Notes under the pieces: model-generated | What the model was told of the DNA's origin: nothing | What the model saw: the letters and a program-made list of their open reading frames with translations, nothing else | The model's database searches: none | Shown: positions 27,991 to 40,475 of the stretch, one piece after another | Layout of the letters: every line of letters starts with the position of its first letter | How positions within the stretch are numbered: the stretch's first letter is position 1 | From: Octopus bimaculoides | Taxonomy: Eukaryota | Assembly (NCBI RefSeq): GCF_001194135.2 | Contig: NC_068981.1 | Span: forward strand, 181,233,261 to 181,297,260 | DNA length: 64,000 bases | Reading direction: 5' to 3' | Made by a program: the position numbers and the translations under genes

Positions 27991-29478
27991 TCTATATATA
28001 TAAAAATGAGAATGTGTGTCTGTCTGTCTGTGTGTGTGTGTGTGTGTGTGTGAATCCCTAAAACTCGAGAACTACGCAACCAATTTCATTCAAATTTTAC
28101 ACATGCCTTACTTAGGGTTCCAGTTGTATTTTAGTCAAAAAAAATTATTAACTTCTTGCAGAGTTCGAGCACACAGCAACATAATATCTCCTCCACTATT
28201 TAAGTATTATGTGTCAAAAGTGAAACAAAAACACTCATGTCAAATACTTTCACTTTAAAAATGAAACTATTCCACTAACTGAAACAATCACATTTCGATA
28301 TTGTAGTGACAGATACTTTCACAGAGAGAGAAAGAGAGAAAGAGAGAGACAGAAATAGAGAGAGAGAGAGATGTATATGTATACATATACATGTATATGN
28401 NNNNNNNNNNNNNNNNNNNNNNNNNNNNNNNNNNNNNNNNNNNNNNNNNNNNNNNNNNNNNNNNNNNNNNNNNNNNNNNNNNNNNNNNNNNNNNNNNNNN
28501 NNNNNNNNNNNNNNNNNNNNNNNNNNNNNNNNNNNNNNNNNNNNNNNNNNNNNNNNNNNNNNNNNNNNNNNNNNNNNNNNNNNNNNNNNNNNNNNNNNNN
28601 NNNNNNNNNNNNNNNNNNNNNNNNNNNNNNNNNNNNNNNNNNNNNNNNNNNNNNNNNNNNNNNNNNNNNNNNNNNNNNNNNNNNNNNNNNNNNNNNNNNN
28701 NNNNNNNNNNNNNNNNNNNNNNNNNNNNNNNNNNNNNNNNNNNNNNNNNNNNNNNNNNNNNNNNNNNNNNNNNNNNNNNNNNNNNNNNNNNNNNNNNNNN
28801 NNNNNNNNNNNNNNNNNNNNNNNNNNNNNNNNNNNNNNNNNNNNNNNNNNNNNNNNNNNNNNNNNNNNNNNNNNNNNNNNNNNNNNNNNNNNNNNNNNNN
28901 NNNNNNNNNNNNNNNNNNNNNNNNNNNNNNNNNNNNNNNNNNNNNNNNNNNNNNNNNNNNNNNNNNNNNNNNNNNNNNNNNNNNNNNNNNNNNNNNNNNN
29001 NNNNNNNNNNNNNNNNNNNNNNNNNNNNNNNNNNNNNNNNNNNNNNNNNNNNNNNNNNNNNNNNNNNNNNNNNNNNNNNNNNNNNNNNNNNNNNNNNNNA
29101 AATATCAGGGTCAAACACTGTCTGTAGCTGGTCTTCTCTTGGAAGAGCCCTGCTTCTCACATGGACAACTATATGTTGGCTGCTCAAGAGTGGGCAGCAA
29201 CAAAAATCCTATTTGTATATGCCCCACAAGGGAAAACAAGGAACATAGTTTACAATGAGGTGTTATAATCACAACAGCAAGAAAGTATGTACATGATCAC
29301 CTTCTTTTACGAAACTTCATTGACTTTCATATATTTATATTGATATACATATATATACGTGTGTTTGGGTGCGTGTGTGTATATACATCTCTATATATAA
29401 AGATGATGCGTAGTCTAGACGGCGTTTTTAGATTTCATTATTCTCTTTAACCCGGGCAACGCCGGGTATTTCTGCTAG
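27991..29478 (+). mobile_element. Non-autonomous Helitron with both termini and a PIF1-like helicase C-terminal remnant
   Basis: A|TC at 27990-27992; hairpin acccgg-gcaacg-ccgggt at 29450-29467; CTAG|T at 29475-29479. QGQTLSVAGLLLEEPCFSHGQLYVGCSRV, then frameshifted LFVYAPQGKTRNIVYNEVL*. Spans N-gap 28400-29099. Confidence 0.92.
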
Positions 29479-29679
29479 TTGACTATAAATATTCCTTATC
29501 TAATTATCCACGTCTGTTAGCAGTCTCAATTTGCTATTGAATAATCACTATCAATGCCTCCCACTTCAAAGCTGGCATGGGTTGGATGGTTTCATAGAAG
29601 CTGACAAGTTAGAAGACTGCACCAAGCTCTACTACCAGCTTTGGCCAAATGACCAACCACTTTAACCTTTTAGCATTCA

Positions 29680-30210
29680 GATGAGAAGACCTGCTGAATC
29701 AAGTGAAATCGTAATCGTGGCCGATGCCAATGCCGCTTGACTGGCACATAAAAAGCACCATTCAAGCGTGGCTGATGCCAGTACTGCCTGACTGGCTCCT
29801 GTGCCAGTAGCATGTAAAAAGCACCATACAAGCGTGATCGATGCTCTCATGCCCGTGGCGTGTAAAATGCACCATTTGAGTGTGGTTGATGCCAGTGTTG
29901 CCTAACTGGTTCCTGTGCTGATGGCACATAAGAAGCAACATTTGAGTGTGGTTGATGCCAGTGCCGCCTGACTGGCTCCTGTGCTGGTGACACGTAAAAA
30001 CCACCGTTTGAGCGTGGTTGATGCCAGTGCCTCCTGACTGGCCCCTAGCACCCACTACACTCTAGGACAGGCATCTAACTGTAGAAACCTTGCCAGATCA
30101 GGTTGGAGCCCGGTGCAGCCTCCTGGCTTGCCAATCTTCAGTCAAACCGTGCAACCCATGCCAGCATGGAAAGTGGACATTAAATGACAACGACGATGAT
30201 GATGATGATT
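29680..30210 (+). mobile_element. RTE 3' end with 66-bp VNTR and (GAT)n tail
   Basis: Begins at the ORF2 end (gagaagacc...aagtgaaatc); gatgcc recurs at 29888, 29954, 30020 (period 66); conserved ggcatc-gtagaaac box and tail. Confidence 0.85.
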
Positions 30211-30699
30211 ACTCTGTCAAATGTAATGCTTATTTCTTTGCATTGATTTAAATTTGTTATGCATTACCTTTGTAACTTTGAGATTTCAATGACGTGATTG
30301 TTTACCTTTAGAATAATATTGTAGGATAAGTGCGAGAGGCCAGACCTAGTTGGTTTAAAGATGAAATAAGTAGATTATTTTAGCTGGATATCTGGTTTCA
30401 AAGCTAAAGGGTTAAAGAGTGTATTGGGTGCTTTTTATGTGACACCAGTGAGGCCACCAAATAACTTACAAGACAAAGATCAACTAAGGGGAGTAGTACT
30501 ATTGTGGGAGGTTATTTTGTGCCAGGTGATGACAGGCTAAAGTACAGTAGAGGGACAGAAACAGGTGTCTTGCAGCAGAGGAGATAACTGTCTACCCCAG
30601 TTATCGGGGGGAGAGAGAGACACACACACACAGGAATATAGTATTTGTGAAGAATCAAATTATTAAAAATTAAATCCGATGCTAGTGTTGTGTAACTAA

Positions 30700-31012
30700 C
30701 CACCAGCAGAGGTGCCAGTGACAAGTGACTGAGACCTTTGGCAATATACTATGCATGAGAAGACCTGTCAACCCAAGTGAGATTGTAGTCATGACTGATA
30801 CCGGTGTTACATAACTGGCACCCATGCTGGTGGCATGTAAAGAGCACCCACTACACTCTTGGAGTGGTTAGTGTTAGGAAGGGCATCCAGCCATAGAAAT
30901 CATACCAAATCAGATTGGAACCTGGTGTGGCTCCCCAGCTTGCCAGTTTTCAATCAAACCAGCCAACCCATGCCAGCATCGAAAACGGACGTTAAATGAT
31001 GATGATGATGAT
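30700..31012 (+). mobile_element. RTE 3' end with (GAT)n tail
   Basis: Same family sequence, older copy. Confidence 0.8.
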
Positions 31013-31145
31013 AAATTATAACATTACTAAAATAAATAATTACCACTTAATCAACAAGATACAATTTTGATGGGTTTCCATCAAGTTTTAAATTGCATTA
31101 AGAACAATAAAATGACGAGGAAAAAGTCATGATAAAAGCACTTAC

Positions 31146-32710
31146 TCTGCCTAAATTGGATTGGTCCTTGTTAACAGCCATATTTCCAGGAACTTTTCTC
31201 ATAGGCATAGGTCCTGGTGGGCGCTGGGGTGGTATCTTACCACGACCCATTCCAGGATTCTGGAATTTCATTTGTCTTTCTTGATTTGGAAATACATTAG
31301 ATCCTTGTAAGTTCATTTGCCGATTGCCTTGCTGACCCCCTACATTATTAATATTTTGAGGAGGGCCCCCAGCTTGGCCACCAAGGTTAGATTGACTGAC
31401 TTTTCTTACAAGAACTTTTTTAGCATTAGCAACAGCTTGGCCTTTGCCTGCAACTGAATTCTTGATTACTTTCTTCAAGATTAGGCGAGTTTTCTTCATT
31501 AATTCCTGTTTGGGGATATTGCCTTCTAATTGTTGGGCGAAATCTGGTGGCATGGAACCTTGAGGGGGAAGCATTGGCATAAGGTGACCACCCCTACCAG
31601 GTTGCATTCCTCTGCCACGTGACATCATGCCACGTAAACCACCACGGCCTTGAGGTATTAAATGCCTTTGTGGATTTGAGGGGTGCATAAAGCGCTGTTG
31701 TTGAGGGCAAATAGGCCTAAGCTGATCTTGTGGCATACGAGACTGATTAGGGGGACCGAGAAGGCGTGGTTGACCCCGCATTGGTCTAAGTGATGCTTGA
31801 GGACCAAAATGTCGGAGCCCTGGCCGCAAAGCAGGTCTCATACCAGATGGTGAAGGATGCCTGAAAACACCAGGAGCTTGTTGTCTCATACCAACTGGAA
31901 TAGGTGGTCGAAGGGGTCCTTGGTTTTGCCCAGGTCTGATTGGACTGCGCATACCCATTGGCCTTTGAGGACCTTGACTTGGAGAAGGAGGAAAATTTAA
32001 TAATTGTCCTTCATAGTTTGTATTCTGCATCTGGCCTTGAGTATTAGGTGATGGCATACGTGGTTGCCCACCAAACTGCATTCGTGGATTAAACATTTTC
32101 ATCTTCCCACCTCGCATAGGCCGCAGACCAGGCATTTGTTGTAAAGATGCAAACCCACTTCCTTGGTTTGATGGACAATTCATCTTGTTACTTAAGTTTT
32201 CATTACTCCCTCTGGCATGTTCACCATGATGCTCATTCCTTGCTTTCTGTTCACTCTCCTTAGATATCATATCTCGCTTGGCTTTCTTTGGTGTGGATAT
32301 TGACTGAAATTGCTGATGTGGTGGAATATATTGCTTCTGATAGAAATTTTTCTCTTCTTCGGAAAGAATCACATTTCCGGCAGATTGTTGTTGATGACGT
32401 TCAGACAATGCCTGATTCGTTTGTTGCCGAGATTCCAGCATTTTGTCTTTCTCTTGTTTCCCGGAAACATTTGTTTTTGCTTGTTTGGGCGGTTTCCCAT
32501 GAAACTGGTGCTGTGATGTGTTCTTAGCTGCTGCATCTGCAACTGGAGTACTCTGTAATGGTCTTTTACCCAAAATTTGTTGCTTTTTCCCAGGTTGTAT
32601 TTGAGATTGGTATGAAGTTAAAGATTTGTTAACTGCCCCAACTTTTTTCTTTGGTAAGCCATCCAGTAAATGAGCTTTCTGTTCTTCACTTACATCAGCC
32701 AGCGTCAGAC
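31146..32710 (-). CDS. RBM33: RBM33 large exon (1565 nt): basic, Q/P/G/R-rich disordered region with RG/RGG motifs
   Basis: Acceptor aaatttacag, donor gtaagt; phase 1 to 0; lies inside ORF 31098..32759. Confidence 0.93.
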
Positions 32711-32927
32711 CTGTAAATTTAAAAAGTACAAAAATGAAAAATAGATTAAATATGAGCAAATGAAGTTATTGATGAGTTTCATTCCAAAAATGATTTTCAT
32801 TACCAAACAGCGAAACATTTTAGTAGAAACATTAATTATATCTAGGTATGAGGTGATAAATCTGAGGGGAGGAGTTAAATAATTAAATTGAATCCAGTGC
32901 TTAACTAGTATTATATTTATCCTTGCC

Positions 32928-33140
32928 AGTACCTGCCTGACTGGCCTTCGTGCCGGTGGCACGTAAAAGCACCCACTACACTCTCAGAGTGGTTGGCGTT
33001 AGGAAGAGCATCCAGCTGTAGAAACTCTGCCAAATCAGATTGGAGCTTGGTGTAGCCATCTGGTTTCACCAGTCCTCAGTCAAATCGTCCAATCCATGCT
33101 AGCATGGAAAGCGGACGTTAAACGATGATGATGATGATGA
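32928..33140 (+). mobile_element. Young 5'-truncated RTE 3' end
   Basis: Close to the consensus of the young copies; ends gcggacgttaaac(gat)n. Confidence 0.85.
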
Positions 33141-34552
33141 TCCCAGAAGGATGAAACAATGCCAACCATAGCAAGATTTGAACTAAGAGTAATGATTCTG
33201 TCAATCCTCTGTTGTATTGGGAGGTATAAAATGTCATTTAAGGTCTGTTTCCTGTGATTTTTGGTCTGACAGGAGTTGGTGAGCCAGAGGATAGCACTAA
33301 GCTCCAAAGTCTACTTTGGTATGGTTTCTATAGCTAGACGCCAACCACTTCACAGTGTCTACCGACAGCTTTTTCACATAGTGTGCTGAGCAGCACCAGT
33401 GAGGTTGCCAAGTGATCCTTCAACTGAGTATGGGTGTAGTATTGAGGCAGGTGGTTCTATTTTAGATGATTGAAAGGTTAAAATATGATAGAGGAACAAA
33501 AGCAGGTGTCTTGCTGTAGGGAAGATATACAGTTACCCCAATTAAAAAAAGAGATGATGGTGAAGATGTGCCAGGGAATATGAACAAAAACAGGTTGGTT
33601 GAAACAAGTGACACCTCCAATTTACAATACTTTTTTCATATTGTAACATAAAATATAACTTTTGTTTTTACTCAACAAAGCCTTACAATGATGAAAAGGA
33701 GGCCTGAAGTTGAAGTAACATAAGTTATGGCCAGATATGTGACACAAATGAATCCAAAGACTTAGTTCTTGGTAACATAATAATGCTAATTATATAATTA
33801 AATTGTGTGGATAAGAAGTTTGCTTCTCAATCACATGGTTTCAGGTTCAGTCTCCTTGTGTGACAGCTTGAGCAAGTGTTTTCCGCTAGAGTGCCCTGAC
33901 CAAAGCCTTGTGTGTGGATCTAGTAGACAGAAACTGAAAGAAATTTGTTGTCTATCTATCTATCTATCTATCTGTGTGTGTGTGTGTCCTTGCCTTGACT
34001 TTGTGTGAAAATTATAAGTAGTAAAGTGGTTGATGTTAGCAAGGGCTATAGAAGCCATGAACCTGTTGGATTCTGTTGAACTGTCCAATCCATGCCAGCA
34101 TGGAAAACTGACGTTAAATAGTAGTGATGATCATGAAACGGTATAAGAGGTGAGATTTCATCATTATCATCATTTAACATCTGTTTTCCATTCTGGCATG
34201 GGTTGGATGGCATCACAGGAGCTGACAAGGCCATGGAACACACCAGGTTCTATACCTGTTTTGGTTTGGTTTTTACAGCTGGATGCCTTTACTAAAGCCA
34301 ACTACTTTACAGAGTGTACTGGGTGCCTTTTTTACATGGCATTTTTAAGTGGAATCTACACTAGTGCTCTTTACATAAAACCTTGGCTTTAGGATATCAA
34401 TTCTGTTGTGGTTGGCAGGTCTTCTTGAGTCCTTTGTTATCTCCTTCATAAGGTTCAGCATTTTGATTTACCAAGTCAAGTGAATACAAACAGCTAATAC
34501 AAAAAAAAACAAAAACGAAGCAACAATATATCAAAGAAAGCAAACTACCCAC

Positions 34553-34694
34553 CTTGCTCAGCTAATTTTTCTTGCAAATCTTTTCTTCTTTGCTCAGCCT
34601 GAAGCAAACGACGCAGTTCTTTCCGCCGAATCACCTCAGCCCGCATTCGCTTCTGCTGTTCTAACTTTTCTCGCAACAACTTGGATTCTTCATC
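34553..34694 (-). CDS. RBM33: RBM33 exon: coiled coil DEESKLLREKLEQQKRMRAEVIRRKELRRLLQAEQRRKDLQEKLAEQ
   Basis: Acceptor aacttcag, donor gtgggt; strong match to human DEETRLYRLKIEEQKRLREEILKQKELRRQQQAGARKKELLERLAQQ. Confidence 0.95.
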
Positions 34695-35414
34695 CTGAAG
34701 TTGATAGGATAAACAGAGAAATACTACTGAGGAATCAGTTTTCAAAATATACCATTTCAAAAAATATAACATTTATAAAAATAAAAAAAAAAAACTGATC
34801 CAATCAAGAGGCAATGACCTCAGTTATTCTTGCTGAATTCCATCAGAACTATTTGTCCTAATTTCTACACTGATCTTTCCAACAATGGTTGAAGATATGG
34901 ATTTTTCAAAATACGATTTTGTCCCAAACAAGGCTTAAGACCACTGTAGCATAAGGGATCACAAATAAGGAAAGAAAGGGGCCTACAAGTTCAAAAGATG
35001 TCAATTGACAGAACACTTAAAGGATTGAATATCATTGTTTAGACATGGGACTGTGGCCATATTGCAGCACTGCCTCTGAGGACATAGTTTGTTACATTGA
35101 TTCCATTACTTGGTACTTATTTTATTGACCTTGGAAGGATGAAAGGCAGAGTTGACGAGAGCAAAGTCAGAACATAATCAAATACCAAATTCCATGGATT
35201 CTACTTTCTTATATGGTTACAGTTTACAGATCTCAAACTTTTGCTTACCAAATTTAATCACAGGGCTTCAGTTGATCTGAGGTTAGGGCAGAAGACACTT
35301 GCTCAAGGTGCCACACAATGGGACTGAACCAGAAACCATGTGGTTGAGAAGCAAGCCTCTTAACTATACAACTATGCTTGCATTCTAATATTTTGTCAAA
35401 ATATTCTGACAATT

Positions 35415-35640
35415 AAGGTGGCAAGTTGGCAGAAACGTTAGCATGCCGGCAAAATGCCTAGCAGTATTTTGGCTGTCTTTACGTCCTGAGTTAAAATTCT
35501 GCCGAGGTTGACCTTGCCTTTCATCCTTTCGGGGGCCAATAAATTAAGTACCAGTTGCATACTGGGGTCAATCTAATTGACTGATCCCCACCACCTCCCC
35601 CCCAAAATTTGGGCCTCGTGTCTAGAGTAGAAAAGAAAAT
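35415..35640 (+). mobile_element. tRNA-derived SINE family 2 (also 38406-38620, 40050-40260)
   Basis: ggtggcaag.tggcagaa head, then gagtt(c/a)aaatt and a shared core ctttcatcctt.cgggg..gataaa.taagtaccag. Confidence 0.75.
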
Positions 35641-35707
35641 ATACTGACAATTCCCTAATGTTAGATGAAAGCAAAAATTTTAAGGAATTAATACATCAGT
35701 TTCTTAC

Positions 35708-35882
35708 ATCAGACTGAGTGAGCTGTTTCAGATGAGTTGATACTTTTGGTATCTTGGTTGCTGGAGTATCTGAATCAGACATTAGTTTTACTTGTGGCAG
35801 TGTTGTTAACACTTTGATGTTTTTATTTTGCTGTGTTTGAATCTCTTGTCGGTTTCGCTTTGGTGATACCAGAGGGTTAACC
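35708..35882 (-). CDS. RBM33: RBM33 exon: (R)VNPLVSPKRNR...QLTQSD
   Basis: Acceptor tttttcag, donor gtaaga; 175 nt, phase 2 to 0. Confidence 0.82.
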
Positions 35883-35981
35883 CTGAAAAATTCAACCAAA
35901 ACATAATCAAAAGGAAGTTCTCAACAAGTAATAAATAAATGCATCAAAAACTCACATCATATATTATTTTCTTTTCTCTTA

Positions 35982-36190
35982 TGAGGGGGTGCTGAAAAGT
36001 TCCTGGCTTTGGATAAGAGAAAATACAGGAGGATCAGTTTATTATTTTATTCAACATATTTCCCTCACAGATTGACACACTAATTGCAGTGGTCCTTCAG
36101 TTTTTCTAAGCCCTATAAAAGAAGTCAGAAGGCTGGGTCTCCAACTTTTCGCGATACCCTTAAAGCCAGGAATTTTTCAGCACCCCATTG
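35982..36190. mobile_element. Tc1/mariner-type MITE
   Basis: TA flanks; ~29-bp TIR with core ggggtgctgaaaa(g/a)ttcctggcttt. Confidence 0.85.
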
Positions 36191-36203
36191 TACATGTGTT
36201 TAA

Positions 36204-36423
36204 CCCTTTAGCATTCAAATTATTCTGTCAAATGTAATGCTTATTTATTTGCATTATTTTGAATTGATCATGAACTATTCATAGCTTTGAGATTTCACTG
36301 ATATGAATGTTTATTTTTAAAATGATGTTGTGGACTAGGTGTGGGAGGCCAGATCTAGGTATATCTGAAGATAAAACAGGTAGAATATTTGGGTTTGATA
36401 TGGCTGGTTTAAATGCTAAAGGG
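36204..36423. mobile_element. piggyBac-type MITE, family A (related copies ~6130-6355, ~18180-18397, ~26087-26315)
   Basis: TTAA on both flanks; perfect 12-bp TIR CCCTTTAGCATT. Confidence 0.85.
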
Positions 36424-36498
36424 TTAACTGAAGTGATACATTTGACATTGCTGTCACACAATAATTTCAATGTTTTAAGAGGTAAATAACCACAAAAA

Positions 36499-37018
36499 GG
36501 ATCTTTTTTAAAACGGGGGCCACATTTTTCATTAACGAAACACTTTGAAACTTAGAACACTGGTAGAATGTGTCGTATAAAACATCCTTTTCTCTTAGTC
36601 TTCTTAAAAAAAAAAGAAATCCATAAGTTTTTCCATGTTAAAGTTGTCGTATTTCTGTAATTTCAACCAATCACTGACGTCCATTCAGCCGATATACATT
36701 AAGTGCCGACTACATAAACAAACGATTCTGAAACAATGAAATGAAAAAAGCAAATAAAACGAAGGTATGGAGCTTAAATACGCTTTACATCGCTTAATCA
36801 GCCAAAGGAGTAAATATAAACAACTGAATACTTGTCAGTGATTGGTTGAAATTATCGAAATAAGACAATTTTTTACATGAAATAAATTCGAATACAAAAA
36901 TATTTTTCTGTTCTATAACACAAAATAGATAAGTATACGAAGTTTGAAAGTCTTTCCGTACCAAAAACACTACGAAAAACATTAATGAAAAATGTGGCCC
37001 CCGTTTTAAAATAGATCC
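36499..37018. mobile_element. MITE with GG...CC ends and 8-bp TSD (Merlin- or Mutator-like)
   Basis: 37-bp TIR with 1 mismatch; TSD cacaaaaa at 36491-36498 and 37019-37026; internal 21-bp inverted repeat at 36658-36678 / 36834-36854. Confidence 0.8.
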
Positions 37019-37309
37019 CACAAAAATATTGTTTTCTAAATTCATAACTTTCTCCACATAAATCATCAGTGACTTTAATGTGTGAATGTTCACATTCTGA
37101 AATTATGTGAGCTATGGTTAGTGTTCTCTGTTGTCATTTCTGTTTATTAGTAGTGCTGAATACATAGATTTGTAATAAGATTTATAAAATAAAAATAATT
37201 GTGAAGATTGAAGAAACGGGTCCAGCAGTCGTCAATTCTCCTTTTTCCTGTTCTCTGGTAAAGAGTGAAAAAACAGAGGTACATTAGTTAATATTACACT
37301 GACCGTAAC

Positions 37310-37497
37310 CTTTGATATTTTCGATGCAGTTTACTGAATGTACTGATTTTTCCGGAGAAATTGCCCCGAGTAGAAGTACGTATTTGCTGCATTGAATTTC
37401 CATACTGAGATGTTATAGGAGCTGGCATTCTGTGTGAATTTTTTGACATGTCCTGTTGAGACTGATGTTGAGTAGGTATCATCTCATGATGTGATTG
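37310..37497 (-). CDS. RBM33: RBM33 exon: QSHHEMIPTQ...HRKYQR
   Basis: Acceptor ttccaatcaag; donor gttacg (exon ends 37310) or gtcagt (ends 37304), both phase 2. Confidence 0.78.
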
Positions 37498-38658
37498 CTT
37501 GATTGGAAGAAAGAAAATTAGAAACATTGAATAGTTCAGAGAGCAACAAAGGCAAGAAAAGTCAATTATCTTTAACAGAATGGAAATCAATAACATAATA
37601 GCAATACCAAAGCAGTAATGAAATATAAATGTAAAGGTCTTCTAAATCCCAAGTACCTTTAAGAGGTAATGCTTAGCTTCAATTTCAAGGTGTTAAGCAG
37701 ATGAAAGACAGATCTCCATCTGGATAGTACATGAGATAAAATTCTCTTGAGATTTGGTAACTTTTTCCCAACAGATAAGTGATCTAAGGCAATATAAAAT
37801 AAAGCATGTTGTAGATTTGAGCCCATAATCTGTGAATAAGTAGCCTAATACTTTATCAATTCATCAAGCATAACCTCCATGTATACTTGTGCTCTCAGCA
37901 GTGTTGGCCATTTTGCTGAAATGATTCTTAACTGAATAGGATTGGTTATGAGTATCTCTGCAGCTTTCAGATCAGGTCGTATTGACCTTAAACATCTGAC
38001 TGACACAGTGGAGTTTTCCTAAGCCCTAACCAGCACTTTTTGAATAATAGCACCTTGTTGTGCCCACATCTCCAGTAAACCATAGATTGGCCTAGAGAAT
38101 TTACTCTGAAATTCAAGCGCTTCACAAGGTCATATATTTAACAAAGGAATGCAGAACATGCATCAACATCATCAACATTTTAATGCCTATTTTCCATTCT
38201 ATATTATGGCAGAATCATTAACACATCAAAGCGCTTAATGGCATATCTTTCAGCCAAGGTCAATTATGCCTTTCCTCATTTTGGGTTTGATAAAAAAAAT
38301 AAGTACTATTTGAGCACTGGGGTCAATGAAATGCACTAATCCCTCCTACTAAAATTGTGGCCTTGCATCAAAATTTGAAACAGTTGTTAATATTTATCTT
38401 ATTATTAAGGTGGCAAGCTGGCAGAATCATTAGCATGCTGGACAAAATGCTGCTCAGCATTTTGTCAGCCATTACTTTCTGTGTTCAATTTCCACAGATA
38501 CCAACTTTACCTTTCATCCTTTGAGAGTTGATAAAATAAGTACCAGTTGAGCACTGGGAATGCAATCAACTTACCCCCTCCCCTGAACTTGATAGCCTTG
38601 TGCCAAAATCTGAAGCCAGTATTTATCTTATTATTTATATACAAAATCGTTTCCTTAA

Positions 38659-38855
38659 CCCTTTCGTTACTCTGTGTTTCTTTCAATTAATATAAATATA
38701 ACAAAGAATTTAGTAAAATAAATTATCATTCAGCTAGTGTTAGGAACATAAATTGTGGCTAAGGTTTGGTGGAAGATTTAATTCAAAACTTATGAAAACA
38801 AGACATTTGTACTACAGAGCCAGAGCCGGTTTCAGCTGGGTTGGTAACGAAAGGG
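38659..38855. mobile_element. piggyBac-type MITE, family B (related copies 2089-2301 and 51291-51524)
   Basis: TTAA/TCAA flanks; perfect 12-bp TIR CCCTTTCGTTAC. Confidence 0.82.
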
Positions 38856-38929
38856 TCAAGACACCTGTAGGAACAACTCTTGATTTTTTTAATACATTAA
38901 GTTCCAACAACAAATAAAGTTGTCAATAC

Positions 38930-39279
38930 CTGAACTGGCTGAACTTGATACTGTGGACGTGGTTGGAATGGCTGCTGCATCGGAGGAGCAGCAGTGGCGC
39001 CAGGCTGGTGTTGGGGCATAGAGTGAACTTGAGAAGGATGAAGGGGATGTTGTTGATGAACTTGAGGAGATGGTGGTGGAGGTGAAGACATAAAGTGAGG
39101 AGCCTGTGGTGCAGGCATGAGATGGGACTGGGAAGTCTGGCGGAAAATCATGGATTGGTCATTGACTGGACGGGAGGGGACAGGTGCAGGAGCTGATTGG
39201 TAGGGCTGACTTATATGGTACACTGAAGGGGGTTGCTGATTTGGTACAGGAGCCAGGCTTTGAATTGGCTGAGGTGCAC
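38930..39279 (-). CDS. RBM33: RBM33 exon: P/Q-rich (GAPQPIQSLAP...YQVQPVQ)
   Basis: Acceptor tttccttcag, donor gtattg; 350 nt, phase 1 to 0. Confidence 0.9.
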
Positions 39280-40435
39280 CTGAAGGAAAAAAAAGTATCA
39301 ATGGTATTAAAGAATTCATTTAACAACAACACTTTTAGAAGTAACTAAGTTGTCAAAAAAAAAAAAAAAGAAAAAGAAAAAAAAAGTTGCCATTGTCGTT
39401 ATCATCATCATCATCGTTTCCACTTTTCCATGCTTGCATGGATTCGATGGAATTCACTGAGGCAGATAGATTTTCAATGGATGAGTGAATTGTAGAAGTA
39501 TAGCCAGTTTATTGCTATAATTTTTAGTAACAAAATCTTATATGTACTCCAGCTGAGAACCACTGATCTAAGTTATGGTGCAGGCATGGTCACGCAGATT
39601 CAGTGTCCACTTCATAACTATGTGGTTTCAAGTTCTATCCTATTTGTATTTTGGCAAATGTCCTCTATAACCGTGGGCTGACTAATGCTTTGGAAGTGAA
39701 ATTAGTGGGCAGAGACAGTATTTGAACCCCATCGTATGTGTGTGTGGATGGATGCATATGAATGCATACATGTTGCACTATATCGCATGACATCATTTGA
39801 GCATCCTCAATAAAAAAAAAAAAGACATCCGGCAGCACATGAACTTTTGACTTGTGACAACCAGTTAAATGAAAAATCTCTTATTTCCAACAATAAGTGG
39901 GAGTTGGTTACAAGGACAAAACCATCATCATCAACATCATCATTTAACATTCGTTTTCCATGCTGACATGAGTTGGAGAGTTTGACAGGATCTATTGAGC
40001 TGTAGGGCTGTGCTGAACTCCAGTGTCAGCTTTGGCATGGTTTCTATGGCGAACTGGCAGAAACATTAGCACATCAGATGAAATACTTAGCAGTATTTCG
40101 TCTGTCTTTACATTCTGAGTTCAAATTCTGCCAAGGTCGACTTTGCCTCTCATCCTTTTGGGGTTGATAAATTAAGTATCAGTTGCATACTAGGGTCAAT
40201 CTAATCGACTGGTCCCCCTCCCCCAAAATTTCGGGCCTTATGCCTAGAGTAGAAAAGAATGTGTACTGAATGCTATTTTTCATGCCATTAATTCTTGTGA
40301 GGTCACCAAATAACTTTTAAGACAGAAAAAAAGAAGAGCCCATCCCTCCCCGACTAAGAGAGGAATATTTGAGACAGGGGAGACTGCCTCAATAAGTTTT
40401 TGTCCAACCCATGCCATTGTGGAAAAACTGACATA

Positions 40436-40475
<40 letters not shown>

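Noticed and set aside
29720-30050. Regular 66-bp repeats as a CRISPR-like array
   Set aside because: Units are contiguous with no unique spacers, lie inside an RTE 3' UTR, and there are no cas genes.
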